The position numbers and the translations under genes are program-made. Below the pieces are notes generated by a model. The model made no database searches. It was not told the DNA's origin and worked only from the letters and a program-made list of their open reading frames with translations. DNA of 64,000 bases from Solirubrobacteraceae bacterium (lineage in GTDB: Bacteria; Actinomycetota; Thermoleophilia; Solirubrobacterales; Solirubrobacteraceae): positions 170-64,169 of the forward strand of contig JBQCGU010000072.1 of assembly GCA_051955355.1 (NCBI GenBank), in the 5' to 3' direction. Positions 51,124 through 60,155 of the stretch are shown here, piece by piece (position 1 is the first letter of the stretch; every line of letters begins with the position of its first letter).

Positions 51124-51405
51124 GTCCTCCAGGCCCAAGAGGCCGAGCTGAGCCTGCAAACACCCAACCCCGCCGCACAGCCGCCCACGCCCGCGGAACT
51201 CGCCACCGTCGCCCAGGAGATCGAGCGCATCATCGCCGACGCCGAGCCACAACAAGCCAAGGCGCTCCTGCGCCTGCTCATCGCAGAACTGCGCGTCAAC
51301 GGCAAGGCCGACATCCAGCCCACCTACCGCATCATCGCCCCCGACCACGCCCTCACGGCCGGGGTTTGCGCAACGTCTGGAAAAGTGGAGACGGCGGGCG
51401 CGTAA
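51124..51405 (+). pseudogene. C-terminal remnant of a large serine recombinase
   Basis: KALLRLLIAELRV...PTYRI...VCATSGKVETAG ending in the antisense tmRNA 3' sequence; no catalytic domain upstream; left edge approximate. Confidence 0.6.
51384..51398. repeat. att-like direct repeat, tmRNA 3'-end copy
   Basis: AGTGGAGACGGCGGG identical to 53636-53650. Confidence 0.85.
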
Positions 51406-51477
51406 GAGGCGCAATCGTCAATGCTCGCCTCAAATCCACGTGGTTGTGCTCCCCTGGTGCGACCCGCGCTAGCGACG

Positions 51478-51702
51478 CTAGAGCTGCTGACGCAGCTCCT
51501 CGCGACTGATCCCCGCGTCCCGCATGATGCCGTTGAGCGTTCCGCGCTTGAGTTCGCGGTGCAGCGGCACGACAAGCAGCGCCGAGTGATCCGGATGTTT
51601 GAGGCTGACATGGCTGCCGCGCTGACGCACCGACTCCCAGCCCAGCTTGTGAAGGACGTTGACGAGTTGCGAGCCGGATACGACCGGCAGCCGCTCGCTC
51701 AC
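51478..51702 (-). CDS. hicA: HicA family toxin
   Basis: GWESVRQRGSHVSLKH, VVPLHRELKRGTLNGI. Confidence 0.92.
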   Translation of the reverse strand: MSERLPVVSGSQLVNVLHKLGWESVRQRGSHVSLKHPDHSALLVVPLHRELKRGTLNGIMRDAGISREELRQQL

Positions 51703-51923
51703 GCGGGCACAGGCAGCCTGCGCCGCACGACGTTCCCGCCGAGCGACCTGCCTTCCTCACGCAAGCTCTCCACGTAGAGGCCCAGGGCCTCACGGGCGTT
51801 GTCCGTGGCTTCCTCGATGTCCTCGCCCTGCGTGTGCAGGCCGGGAAGGTCGGGGGCGTACACGTGGTACCCACCCTCGTCTTGAGGCTCGAACACGAAC
51901 TCGATCTCGCGCTGGTCGGCCAT
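51699..51923 (-). CDS. hicB: Short HicB family antitoxin
   Basis: EGGYHVYAPDLPGLHTQGEDIEEA..NAREAL; no C-terminal DNA-binding domain. Confidence 0.9.
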   Translation of the reverse strand: MADQREIEFVFEPQDEGGYHVYAPDLPGLHTQGEDIEEATDNAREALGLYVESLREEGRSLGGNVVRRRLPVPA

Positions 51924-52011
51924 ACGCTCAGGATACCGCCGCGCGGCAACAAGACCTCTCGACAACAAGCGACCACCTCCTCGTTCCGGCTCTCAGGAGA
52001 CGCCACGCCGG

Positions 52012-52929
52012 TCATGCGCTGCCCCTCTCCGTCTCTGGCGCGTCAGTCACGGGCGCGAGCCGACGGACGTTGCCCGCATAGGCCCGCTTGAGCCGCTCCC
52101 GCGCGCTCGCCTCGGACGGATGACCGTAAGTGGACATCACCAACGCACCGCCATCGGTATGCCCCAACTGCACCGCAACGTCCGCATGCGACACGCCCAG
52201 TTCGAGCAAATGCGTAGCGCAGAAGTGCCGCAGCTCGTAGAAGTCCATCTCCGGACGACCGAAGGCCGTGCGAACCGGACGCCAGTAATAGAGGTGGCTG
52301 CCCTTCGAGAAGCGACGGCCGCGCGGAGTCGTGAACAGCCACAGCACGTCTACGCGCGCGGGCACGTCCGCCAACGCTTCTCGGGCCGGTGGCGGCAGGA
52401 TCACCGTCCGTACACGACCGTTCTTGGGCAGCTTGACCTGCCCGGTGCCGTCAAGGTTCTGGCGAATCGTTACCTCGTCCCGGCTCACGTCCCACCGTTC
52501 GAGCGCATACAGCTCGCCGGGCCGCAAACCCACATAGGCAGCGAACAGGACCATCGCCCTGAATGTCAAGCCAAACGCACCGAGGCAGTCGAGCGCACAG
52601 TCCGCCAGTTGGTGAAGCTCAGCCTCGCTCAACGCGATCAAATCCTTTCGACCGCGCGGCTGCTCTAGGCGCAGATTCGAGAACGGGTTCGGCCCAGGAT
52701 GCAAGCCGTCGTTGATCGCATCAGTGAACATCGCTCGTACCACGCGGACGTTCGACTGCGGCTGGCTCAAGGCCCGGCGGCGCGCGGTCGGCTTGTCCAG
52801 ACCTCGCAACGGCACACGCGCGAAGTCGTCACGGAATCGCCGAATCGCATAGCGATTCGTCCTCTGTGACGCCGCAGTTGGCCTCGGATAGTCGCTGAGC
52901 CACCGCTGCGCGAAGTCCCCGCAGGTCTC
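52012..52929 (-). pseudogene. Tyrosine recombinase/integrase, N-terminus missing
   Basis: GLRPGE, KLPKNG, YELRH, QLGH, TYGH; recognisable sequence begins abruptly at ETCGDFAQRW, upstream lies the rep frame. Confidence 0.8.
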
Positions 52930-52944
52930 AAATCCACGAACAAA

Positions 52945-53450
52945 GCAGTCCCATACGCGAGCACCGGATGGACGTGCAAGACACGGCGCGCCTGTATCTC
53001 CCACACCCGCGCAACCAACCACACCGACCCCTTCCCCACTCGCCTGACCGTCTCCTGATACGCGCGCCGGTGAAGCCGCCTCCACCGATCCGCAGCCGAG
53101 CGATTCCACTCGCGCGCCTCGACACCGCGCACACGGCAGCCAAGCTGGCCCGAATGCTCGTGCTCCCCGAGTCCGGCACAGACGTGCTCATCCCACGGCA
53201 GCGCGTCCGCGCCGGGAGCGGTGACGGCGCTCAACAAGATCTTGCCCTCAAGCACCTCCAGGTTGCGAAACAGCTTCTGGCGCTGGTCGCCCGCCCACAC
53301 CGGGCCATACTCGGGACACCGCCGCGACCGACACACGTCCCCACGGCCATACAGCGGCCGCCCGCAACTGCGGCAGCGCCGCGTCAAGTGCCCGCCGAGC
53401 AGCGATCCGGTGCGGCGTCGAGCCATCATCGGTCGATCAGCCGCGCGCAC
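52945..53450 (-). pseudogene. Truncated RepSA-like HUH rolling-circle replication initiator
   Basis: CRSC...CRSRRCP, VTAPG, WN..A..RW.R, WEIQARRVLHVH (HVH at 52968-52976); breaks off before catalytic Tyr; GGGAG RBS before GTG 53450. Confidence 0.65.
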
Positions 53451-53477
53451 AGCCCTCTCCCTCGCCTTTGGGTGGCA

Positions 53478-53517
53478 TGCGACCCAAATCGACCCGACGT
53501 GCGACCGCTCTGCGACC
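53478..53517. repeat. TGCGACC direct repeats at ~11-bp spacing (arm-site or iteron candidates)
   Basis: TGCGACC at 53478, 53500, 53511, variant TCGACC at 53489; another TGCGACCC at 51458 near the other att. Confidence 0.55.
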
Positions 53518-53634
53518 GCAACCTCTGTGCGCCCCCGCAAATCGGCGGTTTTTCGTTCGCCGCCCTTCGCGCCGCTGCGCAAGGCTTTCCCCTGCACTGG
53601 AGCGCTTTTCGCGCCCCTCCGCTTCAAACCGAAC

Positions 53635-53998
53635 TAGTGGAGACGGCGGGAATCGAACCCGCGTCCGCGATTGCGTGAAGATGGCTTCTACGAGCGTAGC
53701 CGGCGCTCTGATCTCATCCCCCGCTAGCCTCGCCGGCCGGGTTGCGGGGGACCAGTCTTCTCAGCTTTCCCCGGATCGGCGAAGACGGACCTCACCGGGT
53801 GAGCCTGCTATCTGATCCCGAGGATCCCCGCCGCAGGCGAGCGGGGCTCGAGACCTCATGCCTGGTTTCTAATCAGGCAGCGAGGGCGTACTCGTGAGAG
53901 TCCGCACTTATTGTTTTCCCGGGAGTTTTACGAGGCCACCCGGGACCTCGACTCGCAACCATCCACACGAACCAACCGCGTCGAAGCCTGTCGTCCCC
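53635..53998 (-). ncRNA. ssrA: tmRNA, tag (A)DSHEYALAA
   Basis: 5' GGGGACG pairs with 3' CGUCUCC-A; T arm GGGUUCGAUUCCC; tag frame 53905-53873; CCA not fully encoded. Confidence 0.97.
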
Positions 53999-54369
53999 GT
54001 GGATGTTGTCAATCCAGTCTAGCGGCCCACACCATCCGGCGGGCAGGCGCAACGGAGAGCAGCACGTGAACGGACCGCGCTGTGGACGACCGCAGTGACC
54101 CGGTAGGTAGGACCGCAGATACAAGCCGACGCGGTCCCGGGCCGCTTGAGGAACCCTCTTCGGTCGGCCTTTCGGCCTTCCGTTCGGGTGGCGCGGCCTT
54201 ACACCTCTTGGCCTCGCTCTTTGCGGCTCGGGGGCCGCGTCTGAATTCAAAGCTACGCCTCTGCGAGCTGCTCGTCAAGAGCGATCGCGTAGTTCTCCGC
54301 GCACGTTCCGAAGAAAGCCGAACGCAACCGTGGGAAGGGAGCAACGGGGGCTGGTGGCACAATGGGTAG

Positions 54370-55260
54370 ATGGAGCCAGAGCTGCCGATCGCACCCGCCC
54401 ACCCAATACCCCCCGATCCCTTCGCCGGCGGCGCGAACAGCGACGCGTTCGGGTCCAGTAGGCGGCCACTCCACAAGCGCCTGGGAGCGGCGCTTGCCGG
54501 GCTGGGAGCGCTTGCCGCCAAGTTCGGCGCCTATCTGAAGGGAGCGGTGCTGCTGCTGCCCAAGCTGAAGCTCCTCACAACCGCCGGTACGGCGTTGGTG
54601 TCCGTAGCCGCCTACTCGCTGTTCTGGGGCTGGCAGTTTGCGGCAGGGTTCGTGGTGCTGCTGTTCGTGCACGAGATGGGTCACGTCATCCAGCTCCGGC
54701 GGGAGGGCATCAACGCGTCCACACCGATGTTCATCCCCTTCTTCGGAGCGCTCATCACGTCGCGCTCGCTCGGCGACAACGCATTGGCGGAGGCGCGCGT
54801 CGGCTTGGCTGGCCCGGTGCTCGGATCGCTCGGCGCAGCGGTTTGCATGGGCGTCGCGGAAGCCACCGGCAGCGACTTCTTCCGGGCGCTCGCGTATGTC
54901 GGCTTCTTGATCAACCTGTTCAACCTCCTTCCCGTGCTGCCCCTCGACGGCGGGCGCGCGATGGCGGCGATGGCGCCGTGGATGTGGTTCGTGGGGTTCG
55001 CCGCCCTGATTCCGCTGCTGTTCTTGGTGCGCGGCGGCTTCGTAATCGTGGCGATCCTGGTGCTCGGAGCATTCGAGATGCGCCGTCGCTGGCGGCTGCG
55101 CAAGAGCGGCTCGCTCGAGCAGGCCGCCTACTACCGGGTGACGCCGCGCCACCGCCTGATGGTGGCGACTGCGTACGTCGGACTGATCGTCGTGCTCGCC
55201 CTCGGCATGGACGCCACGCACGTGCTCTCGAGCGCCGGGCACAGCTTCCGCTCCCTGTAG
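54370..55260 (+). CDS. Site-2 protease (M50)
   Basis: HEMGH, AGP, NLLPVLPLDGGR, multiple TM. Confidence 0.93.
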   Translation: MEPELPIAPAHPIPPDPFAGGANSDAFGSSRRPLHKRLGAALAGLGALAAKFGAYLKGAVLLLPKLKLLTTAGTALVSVAAYSLFWGWQFAAGFVVLLFVHEMGHVIQLRREGINASTPMFIPFFGALITSRSLGDNALAEARVGLAGPVLGSLGAAVCMGVAEATGSDFFRALAYVGFLINLFNLLPVLPLDGGRAMAAMAPWMWFVGFAALIPLLFLVRGGFVIVAILVLGAFEMRRRWRLRKSGSLEQAAYYRVTPRHRLMVATAYVGLIVVLALGMDATHVLSSAGHSFRSL

Positions 55261-55368
55261 CCCTCCTCGCTCCAGCCAGGCAGGCAAAGCGACACAAGGC
55301 CACAGGCTGTAGGGTTAGCGACCGACCGTCCAAAGATCCAGATCGCACCGGGGAAGGAAACGAGAGAG

Positions 55369-55818
55369 ATGGCAGGCAGGCGACTGCTCGGAGTGCTGCT
55401 CGCAGTCGGCGCGCTGACGAGTGCAGGGTGTGGCGAATCCGCCAAGCCGCTCACACGCGCCCAACTGCTGCGCAGAGCAGACACGATCTGCCGCAAGCTC
55501 AACAAGAAGCTCTCATCCACCACGGTCAAGACAGAGAACGACCTGGTGCGTCAGCTGCCGAAACTGGCCGGCTACGAGCAGGAAAGCCTCGCTCAGCTGA
55601 GCAAGCTCATCCCTCCGACAAAGCTTGCAGAAGACTGGAAAATGATCATCGCGGGGGCTCAGACGATCGCCGACGACGTCGCCAAGCTCGGCGAATACGC
55701 GAAGGCGAAAAACCTGAAGGCTGCCCATGCGGTGGTTGCGGAGATCGGAAAAGTAGGGCAGCGCACGACGGTGATCGCCAAGCGCGACGTCTTCACCGAC
55801 TGCGCCAAGGTCGCCTGA
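55369..55818 (+). CDS. Lipoprotein of unknown function
   Basis: Lipobox LTSAG-C; helical mature domain. Confidence 0.75.
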   Translation: MAGRRLLGVLLAVGALTSAGCGESAKPLTRAQLLRRADTICRKLNKKLSSTTVKTENDLVRQLPKLAGYEQESLAQLSKLIPPTKLAEDWKMIIAGAQTIADDVAKLGEYAKAKNLKAAHAVVAEIGKVGQRTTVIAKRDVFTDCAKVA

Positions 55819-55836
55819 GGGCAGAAACCCTCAGGC
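55813..55836. terminator. 9-bp hairpin between convergent lipoprotein and smpB
   Basis: GCCTGAGGG-CAGAAA-CCCTCAGGC. Confidence 0.65.
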
Positions 55837-55875
55837 ACCGGGCGGGGGCGCGCCGAGAGGGGCGTGTTCAGCCGA

Positions 55876-56355
55876 TCAACGCCGGGCTTCGCGCAATCCG
55901 CGTTCCATGTCGCGCTTGGACTCCCGCTCGCGGATCGCCTGACGCTTGTCATAGAGATCCTTTCCGCGAGCCAACGCGATCTCCACCTTCGCGTGCGCAC
56001 CGCGAAAGTACACGCGCGTGGGCACGAGCGTGAGCCCCCGCTCGGACACCCGCGCCGTCAGCCGCACGATCTCCGAGCGATGCAACAGCAGCTTGCGCGG
56101 ACGCTCGGGGTCGTGGTTCTCGCGCGACGCCGGCAGATACGGAGGTATGTGGACCGAGTGCAACCACAGCTCGCCATCTCGGACCGTGGCGTACCCGTCC
56201 TTCAGCTGAGCGCCAGACCCACGCAGCGCCTTGACCTCGGTCCCCTGCAGGACGATTCCGCACTCGATTCGCTCGAGCAACTCGTATCGGTAGAAGGCGT
56301 AGCGATTGCTCGCCACGTCGCCCGCACCCAGCTTTCGCTTCTTCGTCTTTGCCAT
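55876..56355 (-). CDS. smpB: SsrA-binding protein
   Basis: GIVLQGTEVKALR, RPRKLLLHR, LTLVP, GKDLYDKRQ. Confidence 0.97.
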   Translation of the reverse strand: MAKTKKRKLGAGDVASNRYAFYRYELLERIECGIVLQGTEVKALRGSGAQLKDGYATVRDGELWLHSVHIPPYLPASRENHDPERPRKLLLHRSEIVRLTARVSERGLTLVPTRVYFRGAHAKVEIALARGKDLYDKRQAIRERESKRDMERGLREARR

Positions 56356-56368
56356 CGCGCCCCCGAGC

Positions 56369-58057
56369 CTAGTGCGAGCGGACGTCCGCCGGCTCCAGAT
56401 CCACCCGTCCGCGGGTGGCGTCCACGCGCAACGCTCTCACCGAGATCCGATCGCCCAACCGCAGCACCGCCCCCGAGCGCTTTGCGCGCAGCATCGTGCG
56501 CTGCTCGTTCAGCTCCCACCAGTCGCTCATGCGCCCCTCGGCTGAGCGCATGAGACGCAGAGGGATCATCCCCTCATACAGCGGCTCCGGGCCGAACACG
56601 ACGAATGCCCCTCCCGACACCAAACCGGTCACCTCACCTGCAAACACCCGATCGAAGCCCTCCTCGAGCAGCTGTCGCTCCAGGTGAAAGCAAGCTGCGA
56701 TGTCGTCGGCGTCGCGCTCGATCATCGCCGCCTCACGCTCACGCTCGGACGCCCATTCGCCCAGGTCCGCCAGCTTGCGCATGCTCGGTGGACGCTCCGG
56801 GAAGCCAAGCGTCGAGAGCAACGCGCGGTGGCACACCAAGTCTGGATAGCGGCGGATCGGCGAAGTGAAGTGGCAGTAGCACGCCGAATGCAGCCCCGCG
56901 TGCCCAAGGTTGGCGGGTGAGTAGTAGGCCTGCTTGAGCGAGCGCAACACGAGTGAGCTGAGCGCGATCCGACCATGGCCGGCACGCCGCACGTGGGCGT
57001 CGACGCGCCGCGATATCTCTCCCACCAGATCCGCCGCCTGCTCGGTGGTCAAGGTGTTGGGGATTGGCGGCGTGGGCACCTCAAGTGACGCCAGCTGCTC
57101 GACGAGCGCCAGGATGCGCTGTGGGTCAGGACGCTCGTGAACCCGATAGAGGCAGCCGACTCCCTGCTCGAACAGATGCGCGGCGACCGCTTCGTTGGCG
57201 GCGATCATCAGGTGCTCGATCAGGCGGTGGGACTCGGTGTGAACGCGCGCGTGTATCGCCTTCACTTCCCCGTCTTGGTCGAACTCGAATTCGGGCTCCT
57301 CGGAGTCGATCACGAGCGCTCCCGAGCGCTCGCGCTTCTCGGCAAGCTCAGCCGCCGCCGCGCGCGCCGCCTGCAACGAGGAGCCCCACGGGTCTGAGGC
57401 GGTGTCGGTGCCGGCGAAGATGCGATCTACCTGCTCGTAATCGAGGCGCATGTTGGAGCGGATCACCGAGCGATAGAACCGACGTGAGACGATTTGCGCG
57501 CCCTGGAGCTCCATCTCCACCGTCACCGTCAGGCGGTCTGAGCCGGGCACGAGCGAGCAGGCGTTGCTCGAAAGCGCGTGCGGGAGCATCGGCTCGACCG
57601 CTCCCGGCACATACACGCTCGTCGCGCGCCTGCGCGCCTCGACATCTACGGCGGAGCCCTGAGGCACATGCGCGGACACGTCTGCGATGTGCACCCACAC
57701 GCGTGTGCGTCCGTCAGGAAGGTGCTCAGCCGAGATGGCATCGTCGAAGTCGCGTGCGGTTGAGGGGTCGACCGTGAACGTCACCAGCTCGCGCAGGTCC
57801 GCCCTCCCCTCATGGCTGCGCTTGCAAGCCGCCGAGCGTTCGGCTTCGCGCTCCACCTCGCCCTCGAACCCGCGTTGCAGCCCACGCTCGCGCATCAGTC
57901 CCTCCAGCGTGTCGCGCGCGGTGTGCGAGCGAGCCTTTGGAGGCCAAACCACACGTGCGTCGGTGCTCGCCCGCTTGGGTGGGCGCCTCGCGTGCTTGCC
58001 CGGCGCGCCGCGCTGCTGACGGCTGCCGCTCGAGCGGCTGCGACGCGGTGCGCTCAC
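56369..58057 (-). CDS. rnr: RNase R/RNB family exoribonuclease with short N-terminus
   Basis: TVDPSTARDFDDAIS, HIADVS, HFTSPIRRYPDL, C-terminal S1. Confidence 0.88.
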   Translation of the reverse strand: MSAPRRSRSSGSRQQRGAPGKHARRPPKRASTDARVVWPPKARSHTARDTLEGLMRERGLQRGFEGEVEREAERSAACKRSHEGRADLRELVTFTVDPSTARDFDDAISAEHLPDGRTRVWVHIADVSAHVPQGSAVDVEARRRATSVYVPGAVEPMLPHALSSNACSLVPGSDRLTVTVEMELQGAQIVSRRFYRSVIRSNMRLDYEQVDRIFAGTDTASDPWGSSLQAARAAAAELAEKRERSGALVIDSEEPEFEFDQDGEVKAIHARVHTESHRLIEHLMIAANEAVAAHLFEQGVGCLYRVHERPDPQRILALVEQLASLEVPTPPIPNTLTTEQAADLVGEISRRVDAHVRRAGHGRIALSSLVLRSLKQAYYSPANLGHAGLHSACYCHFTSPIRRYPDLVCHRALLSTLGFPERPPSMRKLADLGEWASEREREAAMIERDADDIAACFHLERQLLEEGFDRVFAGEVTGLVSGGAFVVFGPEPLYEGMIPLRLMRSAEGRMSDWWELNEQRTMLRAKRSGAVLRLGDRISVRALRVDATRGRVDLEPADVRSH

Positions 58058-59244
58058 TTGACCTTCGCCGCGAGCGTGCGCAGCGCGACTTCGAGCCCGC
58101 GTTCGCCATCCACGCCGTGCGCGACGGTCACTTCCGGCGCGATGCCAGCGCCCTCGCTCACCCCGGAGCCACCGAGATTGCGCCCGTTCGGCGTGAAGTA
58201 CTCCCCCACCGTCAGCTTGATCGCCCCTCCCCCGGCGAGCGGCTCCAGCTCCTGAAATACGCCCTTGCCGTACGTGTGCACCCCGACGACGGTCGCCCGA
58301 CGATGGTCTTGCAATGCAGCCGTGACTATCTCAGACGCCGATGCGGTGTCGTGATCCACCAGCACCACCACCGGGATCGAACCCGAGATCGCATCGCCGC
58401 TGGCGCGCAGCACCACCGTCGGTTGGGAGCGCCCCCGCGTGGTGACGATCGTGCCGGAGCGGATGAACGTGCTAGCCACCGCCTGCGCCTCGTCGACGAG
58501 CCCGCCCCCGTTGGCGCGCAGGTCGAGCACGATTCCGCGCGCGCCATGGCGCAGCAGGTCGTCGATCGCCGCCCGCAGCTGAATATGGGCGCCTTCGCTG
58601 AACGTCGCCAGGTAGGCCCAACCGAGCTTGACGCCGTGCCACGCGCGCAGCTCGGACGCCACAACCGGCTCGGAGATGGTGGCGCGCGTCACGGTCACTC
58701 TGCGCTCGCCGCCATGAGGGTCGCGAAGCGTCAAGCGCACGTCTGTGCCCGGGCGACCCTTGATAAGGCCTGTAGCGGTCGTCGACCGCAGCCCGCGCAG
58801 GGGACGTCCGTTGACTGCCACGATCAGCTCTCCCTGCTTGAGCCCTGCACGCTGCGCAGGCGAGGAGTCGAACACGCGCACCACTTCCAAACCCGCCGGC
58901 TTGGGGTCGACGCTCACGCCGATCCCCGCGAAGCTCGCCGGGCGGTTGAACTCCTGCAGCGCCTGGGGGCTCAGGTATGAGCTGTAAGGATCGTGCAGGC
59001 TCGCCAGCATCCCGGCAATCGAAGACGAGGCAAGCGACGAACGCGACACGCGCCGGTAGTAGTCGTGCGTCACGCGGTCGATCGCTTCGCTCACAGAACG
59101 GGTGTCGTTGTCGGCGACGAACAGTTTCTGAGCGAAGCCCGGAAGGTGTTCGGGATGTCCGCCAAGCCAGACTCCGCCGAGGAGCAGCAGGAGCGCAAGC
59201 AACACCAGTGGGAGCAGCAGTTGCGCCGGCTTGCGGGAGGACAC
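58054..59244 (-). CDS. S41 carboxy-terminal protease (CtpA-like)
   Basis: PDZ, LDLRANGGG, ASASEI, TYGKG; GTG start inferred. Confidence 0.92.
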   Translation of the reverse strand: MSSRKPAQLLLPLVLLALLLLLGGVWLGGHPEHLPGFAQKLFVADNDTRSVSEAIDRVTHDYYRRVSRSSLASSSIAGMLASLHDPYSSYLSPQALQEFNRPASFAGIGVSVDPKPAGLEVVRVFDSSPAQRAGLKQGELIVAVNGRPLRGLRSTTATGLIKGRPGTDVRLTLRDPHGGERRVTVTRATISEPVVASELRAWHGVKLGWAYLATFSEGAHIQLRAAIDDLLRHGARGIVLDLRANGGGLVDEAQAVASTFIRSGTIVTTRGRSQPTVVLRASGDAISGSIPVVVLVDHDTASASEIVTAALQDHRRATVVGVHTYGKGVFQELEPLAGGGAIKLTVGEYFTPNGRNLGGSGVSEGAGIAPEVTVAHGVDGERGLEVALRTLAAKVK

Positions 59245-59261
59245 CCCTCCCAGCCTAAGGG

Positions 59262-60155
59262 TCAGACCCGCAGGAAGCGGCGCAGCGACAAACCGGAGCC
59301 GGCTGCCGACACGGCGATCGCGCACGCCATCAGGACGATGACGAGCAAGCGGAAGTCGAGCATCGCGGGTTGCGAGATCAGCTTGACCGTCCCGGCGAGC
59401 GGGTCGATGAGCGTGATCTTCGCGAGGAACAGCAGCCCGATTGCCAGCACCCCACCGAGCGCCCCGAGGAACAAGCCCTCGATCACGAACGGCCAGCGGA
59501 TGAACCAATCGGTGGCGCCCACGAGCTTCATCACCTCCACCTCCCGCCGGCGCGAGAACAGCGACAAGCGGATCGTGTTGGAGATCAGGAGCACCGACGC
59601 CGCGATCAACAGCGCCGCCAGCAGCGCCATCGTCAGCTTGACGATGCGCGTGGCGGAGAGGATCTTGTTGGTTTGCGCCTGGCGATTCTGCACGTCGGCG
59701 ATCGCCGAGTCGCTCACCAGCCGCACGCCCATGGGGCTCGACTGGTCGAGCTCGGCGCGCAGCGCCTCCGCATGATCGGGGTCCTCTGGCGTGATCCGGA
59801 AGATGTCGGGCAGCGGGTTGTAGCCGATCAGCGCGAAAGCCTGCGGGTTGAGCTTGCGCTCCTGCTCATAGCCCTTCTGCTTGGACACGAATTCGATGTG
59901 ACCCACATAGCGGGCGTGCACGAGCTCGGCGCGCACGCGAGCGACGTCAGCCGGGCTGGCAGTGGTGTTGAGGTCCACATCCACGAGCACGCGCCCGCGG
60001 ATCGAGTTGGCGGCGCCGTTGGTGGCTTGCACCACCGGGATGAACACACCGAGCACGAGCGTGGTGACGAGCACACACGACAGGGCGGCGAAGCTCGGAG
60101 CGGGGTTGCGCTTGACCGAGCGGAGCGCCTCCTTGAGGAAGAACCCGATTCTCAT
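59262..60155 (-). CDS. ftsX: Cell division permease FtsX
   Basis: NTIRLSLFSRRREVEVMKLVGAT.WFIRWPF. Confidence 0.95.
   Translation of the reverse strand: MRIGFFLKEALRSVKRNPAPSFAALSCVLVTTLVLGVFIPVVQATNGAANSIRGRVLVDVDLNTTASPADVARVRAELVHARYVGHIEFVSKQKGYEQERKLNPQAFALIGYNPLPDIFRITPEDPDHAEALRAELDQSSPMGVRLVSDSAIADVQNRQAQTNKILSATRIVKLTMALLAALLIAASVLLISNTIRLSLFSRRREVEVMKLVGATDWFIRWPFVIEGLFLGALGGVLAIGLLFLAKITLIDPLAGTVKLISQPAMLDFRLLVIVLMACAIAVSAAGSGLSLRRFLRV

Larger units (their letters stand above)
51384..53650. mobile_element. 2.27-kb integrative element in tmRNA 3' end (rep remnant, integrase, hicBA)
   Basis: 15-bp flanking direct repeats, tyrosine integrase, HUH rep fragment, TGCGACC motifs near both ends. 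Confidence 0.8.

Noticed and set aside
54253-54300. Minus-strand peptide AENYAIALDEQLAEA* resembling a second tmRNA tag
   Set aside because: No tRNA-like acceptor or T arm, no A-rich resume context; the real ssrA is complete next door
54320-54350. GGAAGGGAGCAAC resembling SRP RNA helix 8
   Set aside because: 5' side does not pair to close the GGAA loop and lacks the conserved CAGG
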